Part shown: positions 1 to 8,642 of the stretch, piece by piece
Position numbering within the stretch: the stretch's first letter is position 1
Layout of the letters: every line of letters begins with the position of its first letter
The notes under the pieces: generated by a model
Told to the model about the DNA's origin: nothing
What the model saw: only the letters and a program-made list of their open reading frames with translations
Database searches by the model: none
Position numbers and translations under genes: made by a program
From: a virus
Lineage: Duplodnaviria > Heunggongvirae > Uroviricota > Caudoviricetes
IMG/VR virus record: IMGVR_UViG_3300011113_000787
Span: 47,269 to 111,268 of that record
DNA: 64,000 nt
Strand: one strand, 5' to 3'

Positions 1-57
1 ATCTTATAAAGAAGCATTCCCTAAGTTTGTTGAGAAATTTGATTTAAAAGATTTAAT

Positions 58-630
58 TTAAACGTCTTTCAAAATTTTTTCAATTTCCTTCCACTTTCTT
101 GTAATTTCCTTCGGGGTTTTTCCTTCGGTTAATATTAATGTTACACCGTCGTTTTTCTTAAGAGGAACTTTACCTTTGAGTTTTTCGTAAATATTCCCTT
201 CGTCCACCATACCCAAAACACCTTTTGTTTGGTATTTTCTAAGCTTTTTTAAAAAGTCATCTTTTGTGTAGGGGAGTTTATAATTCTGATTTTTATAGAA
301 GAATCTTCTATCTGTCTCAGGATTAATTAACTCGATTCCATCCTTTCTAATTTTATTTTTTGTGTGGGCTAACGTTTTGAATATCTTTTCATAATGGTCG
401 TCATTTTTGATATGACCTGAGCAAGATGGGGTCGTTGGGATTTTTTTTGAATGGAGGCTAATAACAATATCTTTCAAATCTTCATCTAAAGTATTGTAGA
501 AATTTTTGTTGTTTGGTAACTTAAAATCTCTCGGTGATTCATAAAAGAAAAACCACGGGCACTTTTCTGTTTTCAACCAGAAGCCTTTGTGAAAATTTTC
601 ATGTAGTATAAAATCAGAATTTAAAATCAT
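58..630 (-). CDS. hypothetical protein (190 aa)
   Basis: Long ORF in minus-strand operon context; no motif I can name with confidence (SCSGH motif noted). Confidence 0.4.
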   Translation of the reverse strand: MILNSDFILHENFHKGFWLKTEKCPWFFFYESPRDFKLPNNKNFYNTLDEDLKDIVISLHSKKIPTTPSCSGHIKNDDHYEKIFKTLAHTKNKIRKDGIELINPETDRRFFYKNQNYKLPYTKDDFLKKLRKYQTKGVLGMVDEGNIYEKLKGKVPLKKNDGVTLILTEGKTPKEITRKWKEIEKILKDV

Positions 631-935
631 GTTAACTCTTCAATTTCGACAACTAATGTGCCCTTTCCTTTTATAACTCTATGCCAAACAAATTTTGGAA
701 TATAAAGTTGTCTCGCATCTTCTAATTTGCTTGGCAATGAATCTTCAATTTGAAATTCCCATCCACCACCTTCGATAACAGTTACTTTTCTGTCTTTCAA
801 GTCTTGATGCCACTTCAACTCCTCTGACTCAATATCGGGTGTAAAAACTCTTCTTAGTTTATTATCTATTATTTCTTGTTGGAAGGGGTAGTTCATAACT
901 CCATAACTTTTTTCATGTTGGGTGACTTGTTCCAA
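627..935 (-). CDS. hypothetical protein (102 aa)
   Basis: ORF with stop/start overlap to neighbours (translational coupling). Confidence 0.35.
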   Translation of the reverse strand: MEQVTQHEKSYGVMNYPFQQEIIDNKLRRVFTPDIESEELKWHQDLKDRKVTVIEGGGWEFQIEDSLPSKLEDARQLYIPKFVWHRVIKGKGTLVVEIEELT

Positions 936-1198
936 TGTATTTTTACTCTGAATTTTATTGAGAAAATTTGAAAGAAATTACTGATGTCTTTTTCAATACC
1001 ACCCAAAGACATTCTTGGGGTCCAATGTGGTTCCACGTTAATGAATACGTGAATGATTGGAGGTTGGTAACTACCCTTAATTATGTGTTTTACATCCAAT
1101 GTAATTGGTTCTTCTCTCTCAGCATTTGAAGTTGGTAACACTACAGTATCTAAGTAATCCTGAAGAAAGCCCTTTATTCTTTCGAAGTCCATTACCAA
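893..1198 (-). CDS. hypothetical protein (101 aa)
   Basis: ORF in the same operon; start uncertain. Confidence 0.3.
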   Translation of the reverse strand: MVMDFERIKGFLQDYLDTVVLPTSNAEREEPITLDVKHIIKGSYQPPIIHVFINVEPHWTPRMSLGGIEKDISNFFQIFSIKFRVKIHWNKSPNMKKVMEL

Positions 1199-1809
1199 GA
1201 GTTTGAAGACGATAATCCCAACTGCTTAGCATATCTACCTACATTACATGACCAATATCCTGCAGTTGTTCTGTCTTTCTTTTGGTCACATCTGTGTCTT
1301 GCTCTGAAAGATTTTGCCGCTCCTTTATTTCTATTTCTCACTTTTAATTTTGGGTCACCAAAAGTGACTTTTTTTACACCACCACCTTTCGATTTAACAT
1401 ATACTGCAAATTTCTTTGGTCCTCCTGGTGTTCTGAATGGTTTACCTAATTTCACATTTTTACCTCTGTGTTTTGCCTCTTCCAAAACCTCTTCATCATC
1501 CAATTCAAATGGTGCATCCAAGTAAACTATTTCCTCTCCAATTTTAACTCTTTTACCTAAGTCAGATTCAACCATTAAAGTATCCTCTTCATTCAATTTT
1601 ATCTTACCTTGTTCCCAAAGATTTCTTACCTCATTGACCAAGTCAAAATAACCCTTAGAGTACACTCTAAACACATTATCAGTCAATGATAACTCTTCAT
1701 CTATATGATATTTAAGTGCCTCTGAAATCTCCACTTTTTCTGTTAGAATTAAAGTTTTATTCAGCTGTTTTTCTAAAGCCTCTTTAATAATCTGTTTCAA
1801 ATTTCTCAT
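1192..1809 (-). CDS. hypothetical protein with basic C-terminal domain (GGGVKKVTFGDP...FRARHRCD...YWSC motif)
   Basis: 205-aa ORF; N-terminus IIKEALEKQL resembles the shared family helix; conserved-looking Cys/His/Trp basic C-terminal region. Confidence 0.45.
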   Translation of the reverse strand: MRNLKQIIKEALEKQLNKTLILTEKVEISEALKYHIDEELSLTDNVFRVYSKGYFDLVNEVRNLWEQGKIKLNEEDTLMVESDLGKRVKIGEEIVYLDAPFELDDEEVLEEAKHRGKNVKLGKPFRTPGGPKKFAVYVKSKGGGVKKVTFGDPKLKVRNRNKGAAKSFRARHRCDQKKDRTTAGYWSCNVGRYAKQLGLSSSNSW

Positions 1810-1812
1810 ATA

Positions 1813-2919
1813 TTATAAATTTGGTTTGAGTACTGTTAATACCTCAGGGTATTCTTTATCAAGAACGCCTTCATTTTTTCCTTCATAAGGAATATTCTGA
1901 AGTACGTATCTAATTGCATTTAAACCTGATACTCTTTTATCTTCTGCATCAATAATAACCCATGGGTGATTAAGTGTAGATGTTTTATCGAATAATTTTT
2001 CTTTAAACTCAGTGAATCTGTCCCACAAATCTTGCATTTTTGAATCATTGGGTGAATATTTCCAATATTTCAACGGAGATTGTTGTCTCATTTTGAATCT
2101 TCTCGCTTGTGTGTCTTTGTCTATTGAAAACCACAACTTAAAAAGATAATCACCTTCTTTTACTAAATCACTTTCGAAATCCTCTACATTTTCCATAAAG
2201 TCCTCATACTCTTCAGGTGAACCATACCCCATCACAGGTTCGATAAGACCTCTGTTATACCAACTTCTATCAAAAAGGTTAATCATTCCTGGTCTGATTT
2301 GTTTACGATATCTACCCCACCAATCTTTCCTATCTTCAGGTGTAGGTACTCCTAAGGCAATTACGTTATAATATCTTGGATTTAGATTATCAACAAATTT
2401 TTTAATCGTCGAACCCTTACCTGCAGAATCTCTTCCTTCGAAAACAATAATCACCGTCTTATTTGTTTTTTTCAACCACTCTTGGAGTTTGAGTAGTTCT
2501 ACTTGTAGTTCGTAAAGTTCTTTTCTAAAAACTTTCTTTGGCACAATTGATGGTTCCTCTATTTCGAATTCATAGTCTTCGCTTTCGGGTTCAGTACCAT
2601 AACCCGACCTTTCTCTATATTTTAAGGATGTAATTATTTTTCCCAAATATTCTTCAACGTTTTTTTTCTTATCACCTTTTTTGAGAAGTACTTTTCTGAG
2701 ACCTCTATTCATCATATCAAAATCGATAATTTGAGTTGTCGCAAAATGTGTGATGTCCATCAACATTTTTTCAATCTTTGGTGAGTACAGTTTGAGGAAT
2801 TCCAAAGCCTCTACAAATTTTTTCAAATTCGTATTCATACTTGGACCTTCAATCCCCTTTTCTTCTTTCAATATACCCATTACAGAACGGATACGACTTA
2901 ATTCATTGAGAACAGACAT
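1813..2919 (-). CDS. ppk2: polyphosphate kinase 2 (PPK2) family protein with ~130-aa N-terminal extension
   Basis: Motifs VIIVFEGRDSAGKGSTIKK (PPK2 Walker A), FDRSWYNRG, WFSIDKDTQARRF, PWVIIDAEDK match the PPK2 consensus along the whole C-terminal 240 aa. Confidence 0.8.
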   Translation of the reverse strand: MSVLNELSRIRSVMGILKEEKGIEGPSMNTNLKKFVEALEFLKLYSPKIEKMLMDITHFATTQIIDFDMMNRGLRKVLLKKGDKKKNVEEYLGKIITSLKYRERSGYGTEPESEDYEFEIEEPSIVPKKVFRKELYELQVELLKLQEWLKKTNKTVIIVFEGRDSAGKGSTIKKFVDNLNPRYYNVIALGVPTPEDRKDWWGRYRKQIRPGMINLFDRSWYNRGLIEPVMGYGSPEEYEDFMENVEDFESDLVKEGDYLFKLWFSIDKDTQARRFKMRQQSPLKYWKYSPNDSKMQDLWDRFTEFKEKLFDKTSTLNHPWVIIDAEDKRVSGLNAIRYVLQNIPYEGKNEGVLDKEYPEVLTVLKPNL

Positions 2920-3003
2920 GCTAACTTTTCTTTATAAATATTATTTTAATCGGTATTTCTATATTTATCTATACCAAGATACTAAATCAAAAAAATCAAT
3001 AAA

Positions 3004-3306
3004 ATGGCGACAAGAAAAACCGCATTAGACTCTGCTGTTTCGACAGTAAAACCACCAATCACATTTAAGGAATTCTCAAAAGACCCAGTTAAAGGTCTTC
3101 TATTTATTGTGTTAATCGCAATCGGATACCTTTATGTTGATATCAAACTATCAAACAAAGAAATCGTTAGTAAGCAAGATGCTAAAATCGAAGCTTTGGA
3201 AGGTAAGGTCACAGTACTTGTAGACCAACTTCGTAAATCAGATAGTACCTCCGCCTCATTGGCATCAAAAATTTCAGTTCTACAAGAACTGGGTAAAATA
3301 AAATAA
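3004..3306 (+). CDS. lysis-associated membrane protein (i-spanin-like or holin; 1 TM + coiled coil)
   Basis: Single TM (GLLFIVLIAIGYLYV) followed by a coiled-coil-like segment; immediately upstream of lipoprotein and endolysin. Confidence 0.4.
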   Translation: MATRKTALDSAVSTVKPPITFKEFSKDPVKGLLFIVLIAIGYLYVDIKLSNKEIVSKQDAKIEALEGKVTVLVDQLRKSDSTSASLASKISVLQELGKIK

Positions 3307-3307
3307 G

Positions 3308-3640
3308 ATGAAATACTCAATACTACTTCTATTAATAGTGTTGGGATGTACATCACCAACGGAAACTAAAATCGAAAATAATGAAACATATTCAGCAATT
3401 GATTCAATCATTGGTCAAAGTAAAAAAAACCTTGTTGGACTTGATTCAACAATTAAAAGAACTGATTCTACCATCACAGGAAAAGTAGAAAAAACAGTTA
3501 AACAAATCTCAACTTTAAAAGAAGAGAACACAAAATTAAAAAAAGAAAATGAAACTCTTAAAAGCAAGCTTGACGATGCTAATGATGTTGGTCAGCCTTT
3601 CAAGCTACTCCCAGTATCCAACGGTCAAGACAATAGGTAA
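3308..3640 (+). CDS. lipoprotein, o-spanin candidate
   Basis: Lipobox MKYSILLLLIVLGC-TSP; starts 2 nt after previous stop; coiled-coil KLKKENETLKSKL. Confidence 0.4.
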   Translation: MKYSILLLLIVLGCTSPTETKIENNETYSAIDSIIGQSKKNLVGLDSTIKRTDSTITGKVEKTVKQISTLKEENTKLKKENETLKSKLDDANDVGQPFKLLPVSNGQDNR

Positions 3641-3974
3641 AGATACTGTTGTTATTATGACTGTAAAACAAGGCGAAGACATTAACCAAAGATTTATTTT
3701 ACTTAATGATAGTATTAAAAAAGTTAATGTAAGCTTCGATAAATACATGTTAGAAAACGGGATGCGTTTACAAAAAGTCTATTCCGATTATAACATGGAA
3801 TTAAACAATCACAGACAAACTAGAGCGGAAGCGGATAGTATCAAAAATCTCTATCTTCTTAACAAAAAACTTTATATGAACGCCGAAGAAGACCATAGAA
3901 GGGAAGTTAGAAATTTATTTGGTTTCACACTAATATCGTTTTTTCTTACAATATTCGTTTCTTTTAGTAAATAA
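3549..3974 (+). CDS. membrane protein with C-terminal TM (holin candidate); start uncertain (could be Met at about 3658)
   Basis: C-terminal hydrophobic segment LFGFTLISFFLTIFVSF; overlaps previous ORF if long start is used. Confidence 0.3.
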   Translation: MKLLKASLTMLMMLVSLSSYSQYPTVKTIGKDTVVIMTVKQGEDINQRFILLNDSIKKVNVSFDKYMLENGMRLQKVYSDYNMELNNHRQTRAEADSIKNLYLLNKKLYMNAEEDHRREVRNLFGFTLISFFLTIFVSFSK

Positions 3975-4025
3975 ATGTTGTATGTCCTAATATTAAAATA
4001 AAAATATTTATTAAAAAAATTATTT

Positions 4026-4841
4026 ATGTTACTGAAAAAAGGTTCTAAAGGTGACGAGGTAAAACAACTTCAATCAAAGTTAGGTTTGAATGCTGATGGG
4101 GATTTTGGTCTAAAAACAGAAGATGCCGTAAAAGCATATCAATTAAAAAATGGATTAACTCCTGACGGTATTGTTGGTCCAAATACTTGGCAGAAAATAA
4201 TGGGTGAGGGGGTTATTGTTACTCCACAATCTGCCCCTCAAGTAGGTGGTTTGAACTTAGATAAACTCAAAGGTCATATTCCTGATTCAGTAATTTCACA
4301 AATACCCGAAACCGCCGCTAAATTCAAAATAGACACTCCTTTAAAATTGGCACATTTCTTGGCTCAGTGTGGTCACGAATCTGGTGGATTCAAAGTTGTA
4401 AACGAAAACTTGAATTACTCTGCAGACGGTTTGAAAAAGATATTCACAAAATATTTCAAAGATGTACTTGCCGAAGGTTACGCTAGAAATCCTGAGAAAA
4501 TTGCAAACAGGGTTTACGGTGGTAGAATGGGAAATGGTCCAGAATCAACAGGTGAAGGCTTCAAATTCAGAGGTAGAGGATACATCCAATTAACAGGTAA
4601 AGACAACTATACTGCCTTTGGTAAGGCTATCAACGAAGACATCATTGGAAATCCTGATTTAGTATCCACAAAGTATCCGTTGTTATCTGCTGCATGGTTT
4701 TTCAGTAAAAATTGCTTGAGTAAATGTGTGGATGCTAGTGATGCCTCAGTTACCTCAGTTACAAAATGTGTTAATGGTGGAACAATAGGTTTACCAGATA
4801 GACTAAAGCATTTCAAAGAATACTATAAATTGTTATCTTAA
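4026..4841 (+). CDS. endolysin: peptidoglycan-binding domain (PG_binding_1) + GH19 lysozyme/chitinase-like domain
   Basis: N-terminus GSKGDEVKQLQSKLGL...DGIVGPNTWQKI is the PG_binding_1 pattern; HFLAQCGHESGGF and GRGYIQLTGKDNY are GH19 catalytic-region signatures. Confidence 0.8.
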   Translation: MLLKKGSKGDEVKQLQSKLGLNADGDFGLKTEDAVKAYQLKNGLTPDGIVGPNTWQKIMGEGVIVTPQSAPQVGGLNLDKLKGHIPDSVISQIPETAAKFKIDTPLKLAHFLAQCGHESGGFKVVNENLNYSADGLKKIFTKYFKDVLAEGYARNPEKIANRVYGGRMGNGPESTGEGFKFRGRGYIQLTGKDNYTAFGKAINEDIIGNPDLVSTKYPLLSAAWFFSKNCLSKCVDASDASVTSVTKCVNGGTIGLPDRLKHFKEYYKLLS

Positions 4842-4890
4842 GTTTTGGTGATTTTACCTTTGTTTGGTATCTTTGACCAAAATATAAAAT

Positions 4891-5115
4891 ATGAAACTCA
4901 AAGTGAAAGAAACTAAGGTAAATACAGAACTCAATTGGGTTATAAAGATTGTTAACTCAGTAAAAACTAAAGACCAACTTGATGTTGCTCTCAAATGTTT
5001 TTTGCTTTGGGACATCAAGCATAGTTGTGAACCAAGGTGTAAAGAAAAATCTCAATTAAAAGGGGTTTTTTGGTCGATATATAAAAACAAAGAAGCTAAC
5101 TTTTTTTGTCCTTAG
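4891..5115 (+). CDS. hypothetical small protein (74 aa)
   Basis: ORF only; weak. Confidence 0.2.
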   Translation: MKLKVKETKVNTELNWVIKIVNSVKTKDQLDVALKCFLLWDIKHSCEPRCKEKSQLKGVFWSIYKNKEANFFCP

Positions 5116-5202
5116 ACGTATCAAATAAAGATTTTTTTTATTTTTTTGATATATTTATTTCTACATCACTCTACAGAGTGTTCTCATATATCCCTTTTCC
5201 AA

Positions 5203-5240
5203 AAGACCCGTCAAATAATTTTGTCGGGTCTTATTTTTTT
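5203..5240 (+). terminator. rho-independent terminator downstream of lysis cassette
   Basis: Stem AAGACCCG / CGGGTCTT (8 bp) with 14-nt loop followed by ATTTTTTT. Confidence 0.5.
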
Positions 5241-5373
5241 AATATATTTGCTTTATGGACAAGTTATCTCTTTATCAACAAATTGAAACTGCCATCATTA
5301 GATGGTCAAACGATGGAACTAAAACAGCAGGTTCTCTAACAAGAGAAATTATGGAACTCATAAAAGATTTGAA

Positions 5374-5976
5374 ATGAAAATTACATACGCAGACTCATTT
5401 TGGAAATCTTTAAAAAGATTATCAAGACACCAAACTTGGTGGTACAAAACTTACGAAGTCTTTCGTTACAAAATTCCTATGTTCTTTGAAAACCTTTGGT
5501 ATTTCAGAAAAGAACTTTGGAGATTCAGGTCATGGGACTATACTTTTAACCTTAGTCTTTTTGCTCGTTCATTAGAAAAAAGTGCTAACACACTTGAATT
5601 TCATGGTAATGAGGTAGAAATATCAAGGATGAAGAAAGTTCTTAAAATGAAAAGAGTAATCGAAATTATCAGAAATTTGGACGAATCGAATTACATTTCA
5701 TTGGCTGAAAAAGAATTGGGAAAATTGAAAAATTCTGATGGTTGGTTCGACAACAGAGAGGACACACCTGAAGAAAAAGAACATAACAGAAAGGTTTTCG
5801 ATTTATCTACTGAGCTCGAAAAAAGGGATTGGGATGAGTTATGGTCAATCCTAAAAGGGCAAGACCATGAAGAATTCAAAAAGATATACGATAAACTAAC
5901 CGACGAAGAAAAATGGGAACATTCTCATTGGGAAAATTGGTTTGATGGTTCAGGCATAAAAACTTGGTGGGATTAA
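5374..5976 (+). CDS. hypothetical protein (200 aa), Trp-rich
   Basis: Long ORF on plus strand; no recognised motif. Confidence 0.45.
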   Translation: MKITYADSFWKSLKRLSRHQTWWYKTYEVFRYKIPMFFENLWYFRKELWRFRSWDYTFNLSLFARSLEKSANTLEFHGNEVEISRMKKVLKMKRVIEIIRNLDESNYISLAEKELGKLKNSDGWFDNREDTPEEKEHNRKVFDLSTELEKRDWDELWSILKGQDHEEFKKIYDKLTDEEKWEHSHWENWFDGSGIKTWWD

Positions 5977-5988
5977 AAAAATAAAAAT

Positions 5989-6147
5989 ATGATTGCTGGT
6001 ATTATAATTTCGTTTATCTTAGCTTTAATTATTTCAATTTTTTGGGTCAGGGGTATTGATTACATGCACAAAAATCATCCTGATTACAAAGGAGAAGACT
6101 TTTTAAATTGGGACAAAGATGAAGACGATGAAAATAACGTTTATTAG
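5989..6147 (+). CDS. small membrane peptide (52 aa), unannotated in ORF track
   Basis: ATG at 5989, one hydrophobic helix IAGIIISFILALIISIFWV, stop TAG 6145-6147; overlaps MPP start by 20 nt. Confidence 0.25.
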   Translation: MIAGIIISFILALIISIFWVRGIDYMHKNHPDYKGEDFLNWDKDEDDENNVY

Positions 6148-6802
6148 TGATACTCACAACAAACACGAGTATTTGACCTCCAAAGCCTATGGTAATATCT
6201 TAGGAAGTGGCGATGTACTTGTACATGCGGGTGATATTAGTATGATGGGTAAAACAGGTGAAATCAAAAGTTTTTTGGATTGGTTCTCTAATGTTGATTA
6301 CACTCACAAAATCTTCATTGCTGGTAACCACGATTGGGGTTTTGAGTTGGTGAGTGATATTGCTCCTGAATATAAAGAAAAAGGGGTTCATTACCTTTTC
6401 GATAGTGGTATCGAAATTGATGGTGTAAACTTTTACGGTAGTCCTTGGCAACCTGAATTTTTCAATTGGGCATTCAATCTACCAAGAGGAGAAAAACTTG
6501 CAGAAAAGTGGGCGATGATTCCTGGTAACACTGATATTTTGATAACTCATGGACCAGCACATGGAATGTTGGATTGGGTTCCAAATGGTCAAAGAGTAGG
6601 TTGTGAGGATTTGTTTCAAAGAGTTATGGATATCCAACCCAAAATACACGTATGTGGTCACATACACTGTGCTCACGGTCAGAAAAGTTTTAATGGGGTA
6701 GAATTCATCAACGCATCAGTCTTAGGTGAGAGATACACACATGAAAACAAACCTATAACCATTTTATTTGATACCTATACAAAACAAATTGATTACCCAT
6801 GA
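6128..6802 (+). CDS. calcineurin-like metallophosphoesterase
   Basis: MKITFISDTHN, GDVLVHAGDIS, GNHDW, ITHGP, GHIH = MPP motifs; the track start at 6119 is probably too early and the real start is Met 6128. Confidence 0.7.
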   Translation: MKITFISDTHNKHEYLTSKAYGNILGSGDVLVHAGDISMMGKTGEIKSFLDWFSNVDYTHKIFIAGNHDWGFELVSDIAPEYKEKGVHYLFDSGIEIDGVNFYGSPWQPEFFNWAFNLPRGEKLAEKWAMIPGNTDILITHGPAHGMLDWVPNGQRVGCEDLFQRVMDIQPKIHVCGHIHCAHGQKSFNGVEFINASVLGERYTHENKPITILFDTYTKQIDYP

Positions 6803-7281
6803 AAAATGAATCTGTAATTTCAGAACTCAAAAAGTTGAATCCTGATGATTACGTAAAAGTCACCATTGACCTTTATAGAAAGTCGCTACTCGAAATTTGT
6901 TACCACAATGGTTCCAAATTCGATAAAAACTTTTCTTGTGATTCGGAAACTACTTGGAGAGGAGCTAATTTAGTTTGTGAACAATTCAACGTCTCCGAAC
7001 TAATTGAACTCTTAGAATCCAAAGACATAACTGAAATGCAAGACCTTGACTTCCCTGATTTGTCTATAGAGACCTCTACGGACGGCGATGTTGACGTAAC
7101 TAATGTTGAGTGGGACGAACCCTTGACTGAAGAAGAAGAGTCAGAATTCAGTCCTATGGACCTTTATTGGGATTCTGAAATTACAGATTCTGAATTAAAT
7201 TTTGGTACGGGTAGTATTCATACCATGATTATAGAACATAACGATTCAATAATTGCAAAAATTACTGAAAATGAAGATTAA
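6799..7281 (+). CDS. acidic hypothetical protein (160 aa)
   Basis: ATGA overlap with upstream gene; strongly acidic C-terminal half (DEPLTEEEESEF...). Confidence 0.45.
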   Translation: MKNESVISELKKLNPDDYVKVTIDLYRKSLLEICYHNGSKFDKNFSCDSETTWRGANLVCEQFNVSELIELLESKDITEMQDLDFPDLSIETSTDGDVDVTNVEWDEPLTEEEESEFSPMDLYWDSEITDSELNFGTGSIHTMIIEHNDSIIAKITENED

Positions 7282-7522
7282 TGATGGACATTATTTAGAA
7301 TTAATGGATAGATTACACGTACAAACATGTATGATTGAATCTCATTTGGTGGGTCATCCGTTAACCAAAAGAATTAAGAAAGTAAAAAAATTAATAAATT
7401 CAGCACAGTGGGCTCTACTTGAAGCCTATCAAGTTGTTGGAGAAAAAGATTATGAAAGAGAACAAAAAAATAATCCAATTGCCGAAGTTGTACTTGGACG
7501 ACGTAAGAAATCCAAAGACTAA
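7253..7522 (+). CDS. hypothetical protein (89 aa), overlaps both neighbours
   Basis: ORF only; basic C-terminus. Confidence 0.25.
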   Translation: MQKLLKMKINDGHYLELMDRLHVQTCMIESHLVGHPLTKRIKKVKKLINSAQWALLEAYQVVGEKDYEREQKNNPIAEVVLGRRKKSKD

Positions 7523-7778
7523 GGGTTGGACTATTGTAAGAAATTACGAGGAATTCGTTAAACACATTGAAGAAAATGGTCTTCCTGATGAAATATCATT
7601 TGACCATGATTTGGGTGAAGATATCAAAACGGGTTACGATTGTGCAAAATGGTTGTGTAACTACTGTTGGACAAATGGGATTCCAATTCCGACTTATAAT
7701 GTTCACTCAGCTAACCCTGTTGGAAGAGATAACATAATTGGAGTACTCAAATCCTTCGAGCAAAAACTGAATGATTAA
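7419..7778 (+). CDS. receiver (REC)-like domain protein
   Basis: KLYLDDVRNP (beta1 with DD), ISFDHDLG (Asp pocket), VHSANP (Thr/Ser position) in REC-like order; assignment tentative. Confidence 0.35.
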   Translation: MKPIKLLEKKIMKENKKIIQLPKLYLDDVRNPKTKGWTIVRNYEEFVKHIEENGLPDEISFDHDLGEDIKTGYDCAKWLCNYCWTNGIPIPTYNVHSANPVGRDNIIGVLKSFEQKLND

Positions 7779-7807
7779 AAAAGGTGAGTTAATTCTCACC
7801 TTTTTTT
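7775..7807. terminator. bidirectional rho-independent terminator
   Basis: AAAAAA GGTGAG ttaatt CTCACC TTTTTTT. Confidence 0.6.
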
Positions 7808-7819
7808 GTATTTATAAAC

Positions 7820-8437
7820 ATGAGCGTGCTATCTAATCAACCATTAAAAGTTTTACTTGTATTATCAAAACAACTCATTGAAGATGAATTCGAATATAGA
7901 AATCCTTGGGACTATGAACATGATAATATGAAAAAATTAAATACTAGCGGGGCTTGGATTGGGGAAAATTTCGATGAAGACGACATGGAATTTATTGCCG
8001 CATTCATTTTGGAAAATCTCAAGATAATACTTAGTTCAATACATAATGAACTAACAAGCTCGGAAGCAATAGAAGCACTTTCAATCCCAAAAAAGAAAAA
8101 ATATACACTTTACTATGAAATTTGGGGTTCAGCGACTTTGACCGAAAAATATAAAACCACTTGGGAATCTTATTATAAAAATTGGGTCAAAGATTCACTA
8201 AGATACAGTTACAACGAGGGTCATTTTGACTACTATAATGGAGATTATTTAGAGCATGAATCAGACAACTTTGAACCTGATAATTTTGATATAACTTACG
8301 TGAATGAATTGAACGAAAACAAAGTGCCAATTTTAGACAAATTAGTTGTTGAAAACACTGAGGATTTGTTGAACAACTTAGACAGAGATACTCTAGTGAA
8401 ACTCAGAAATTTGATTAATCAGAAACTTTCTTCTTAG
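7820..8437 (+). CDS. hypothetical protein (205 aa)
   Basis: Long ORF following terminator; no recognised motif. Confidence 0.45.
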   Translation: MSVLSNQPLKVLLVLSKQLIEDEFEYRNPWDYEHDNMKKLNTSGAWIGENFDEDDMEFIAAFILENLKIILSSIHNELTSSEAIEALSIPKKKKYTLYYEIWGSATLTEKYKTTWESYYKNWVKDSLRYSYNEGHFDYYNGDYLEHESDNFEPDNFDITYVNELNENKVPILDKLVVENTEDLLNNLDRDTLVKLRNLINQKLSS

Positions 8438-8633
8438 CTTCTTTAGCAAGTTCCCCTAAGGTTTTCTTTTTTGAACCAGGATGAACATACCCCCTCTTAT
8501 ATTTGTATTCTACCTCGACAGGACCGTTTGTCGTAATTTTGGAATTATATTTCCAAATTGAAATACACTCCTCGTCTTCAAACACGTATTCGTATTTTGT
8601 AGGTTTTGGCTCAGGTTTTTTCTCAAAAGGCAT
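8415..8633 (-). CDS. hypothetical small protein (72 aa)
   Basis: ORF convergent with 7820..8437. Confidence 0.3.
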   Translation of the reverse strand: MPFEKKPEPKPTKYEYVFEDEECISIWKYNSKITTNGPVEVEYKYKRGYVHPGSKKKTLGELAKEAKKKVSD

Positions 8634-8642
8634 AGTACAAAA

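Noticed and set aside
2750-3028. Plus-strand 92-aa ORF (similarly 36298..36702, 47178..47543, 58351..58797 and other antisense ORFs in the track)
   Set aside because: Fully embedded antisense to long, well-supported minus-strand genes; AT-rich genomes generate such ORFs by chance.
7253-7778. Possible programmed frameshift joining 7253..7522 and 7419..7778
   Set aside because: No slippery heptamer or pseudoknot identified; overlap may simply reflect an over-extended start call.
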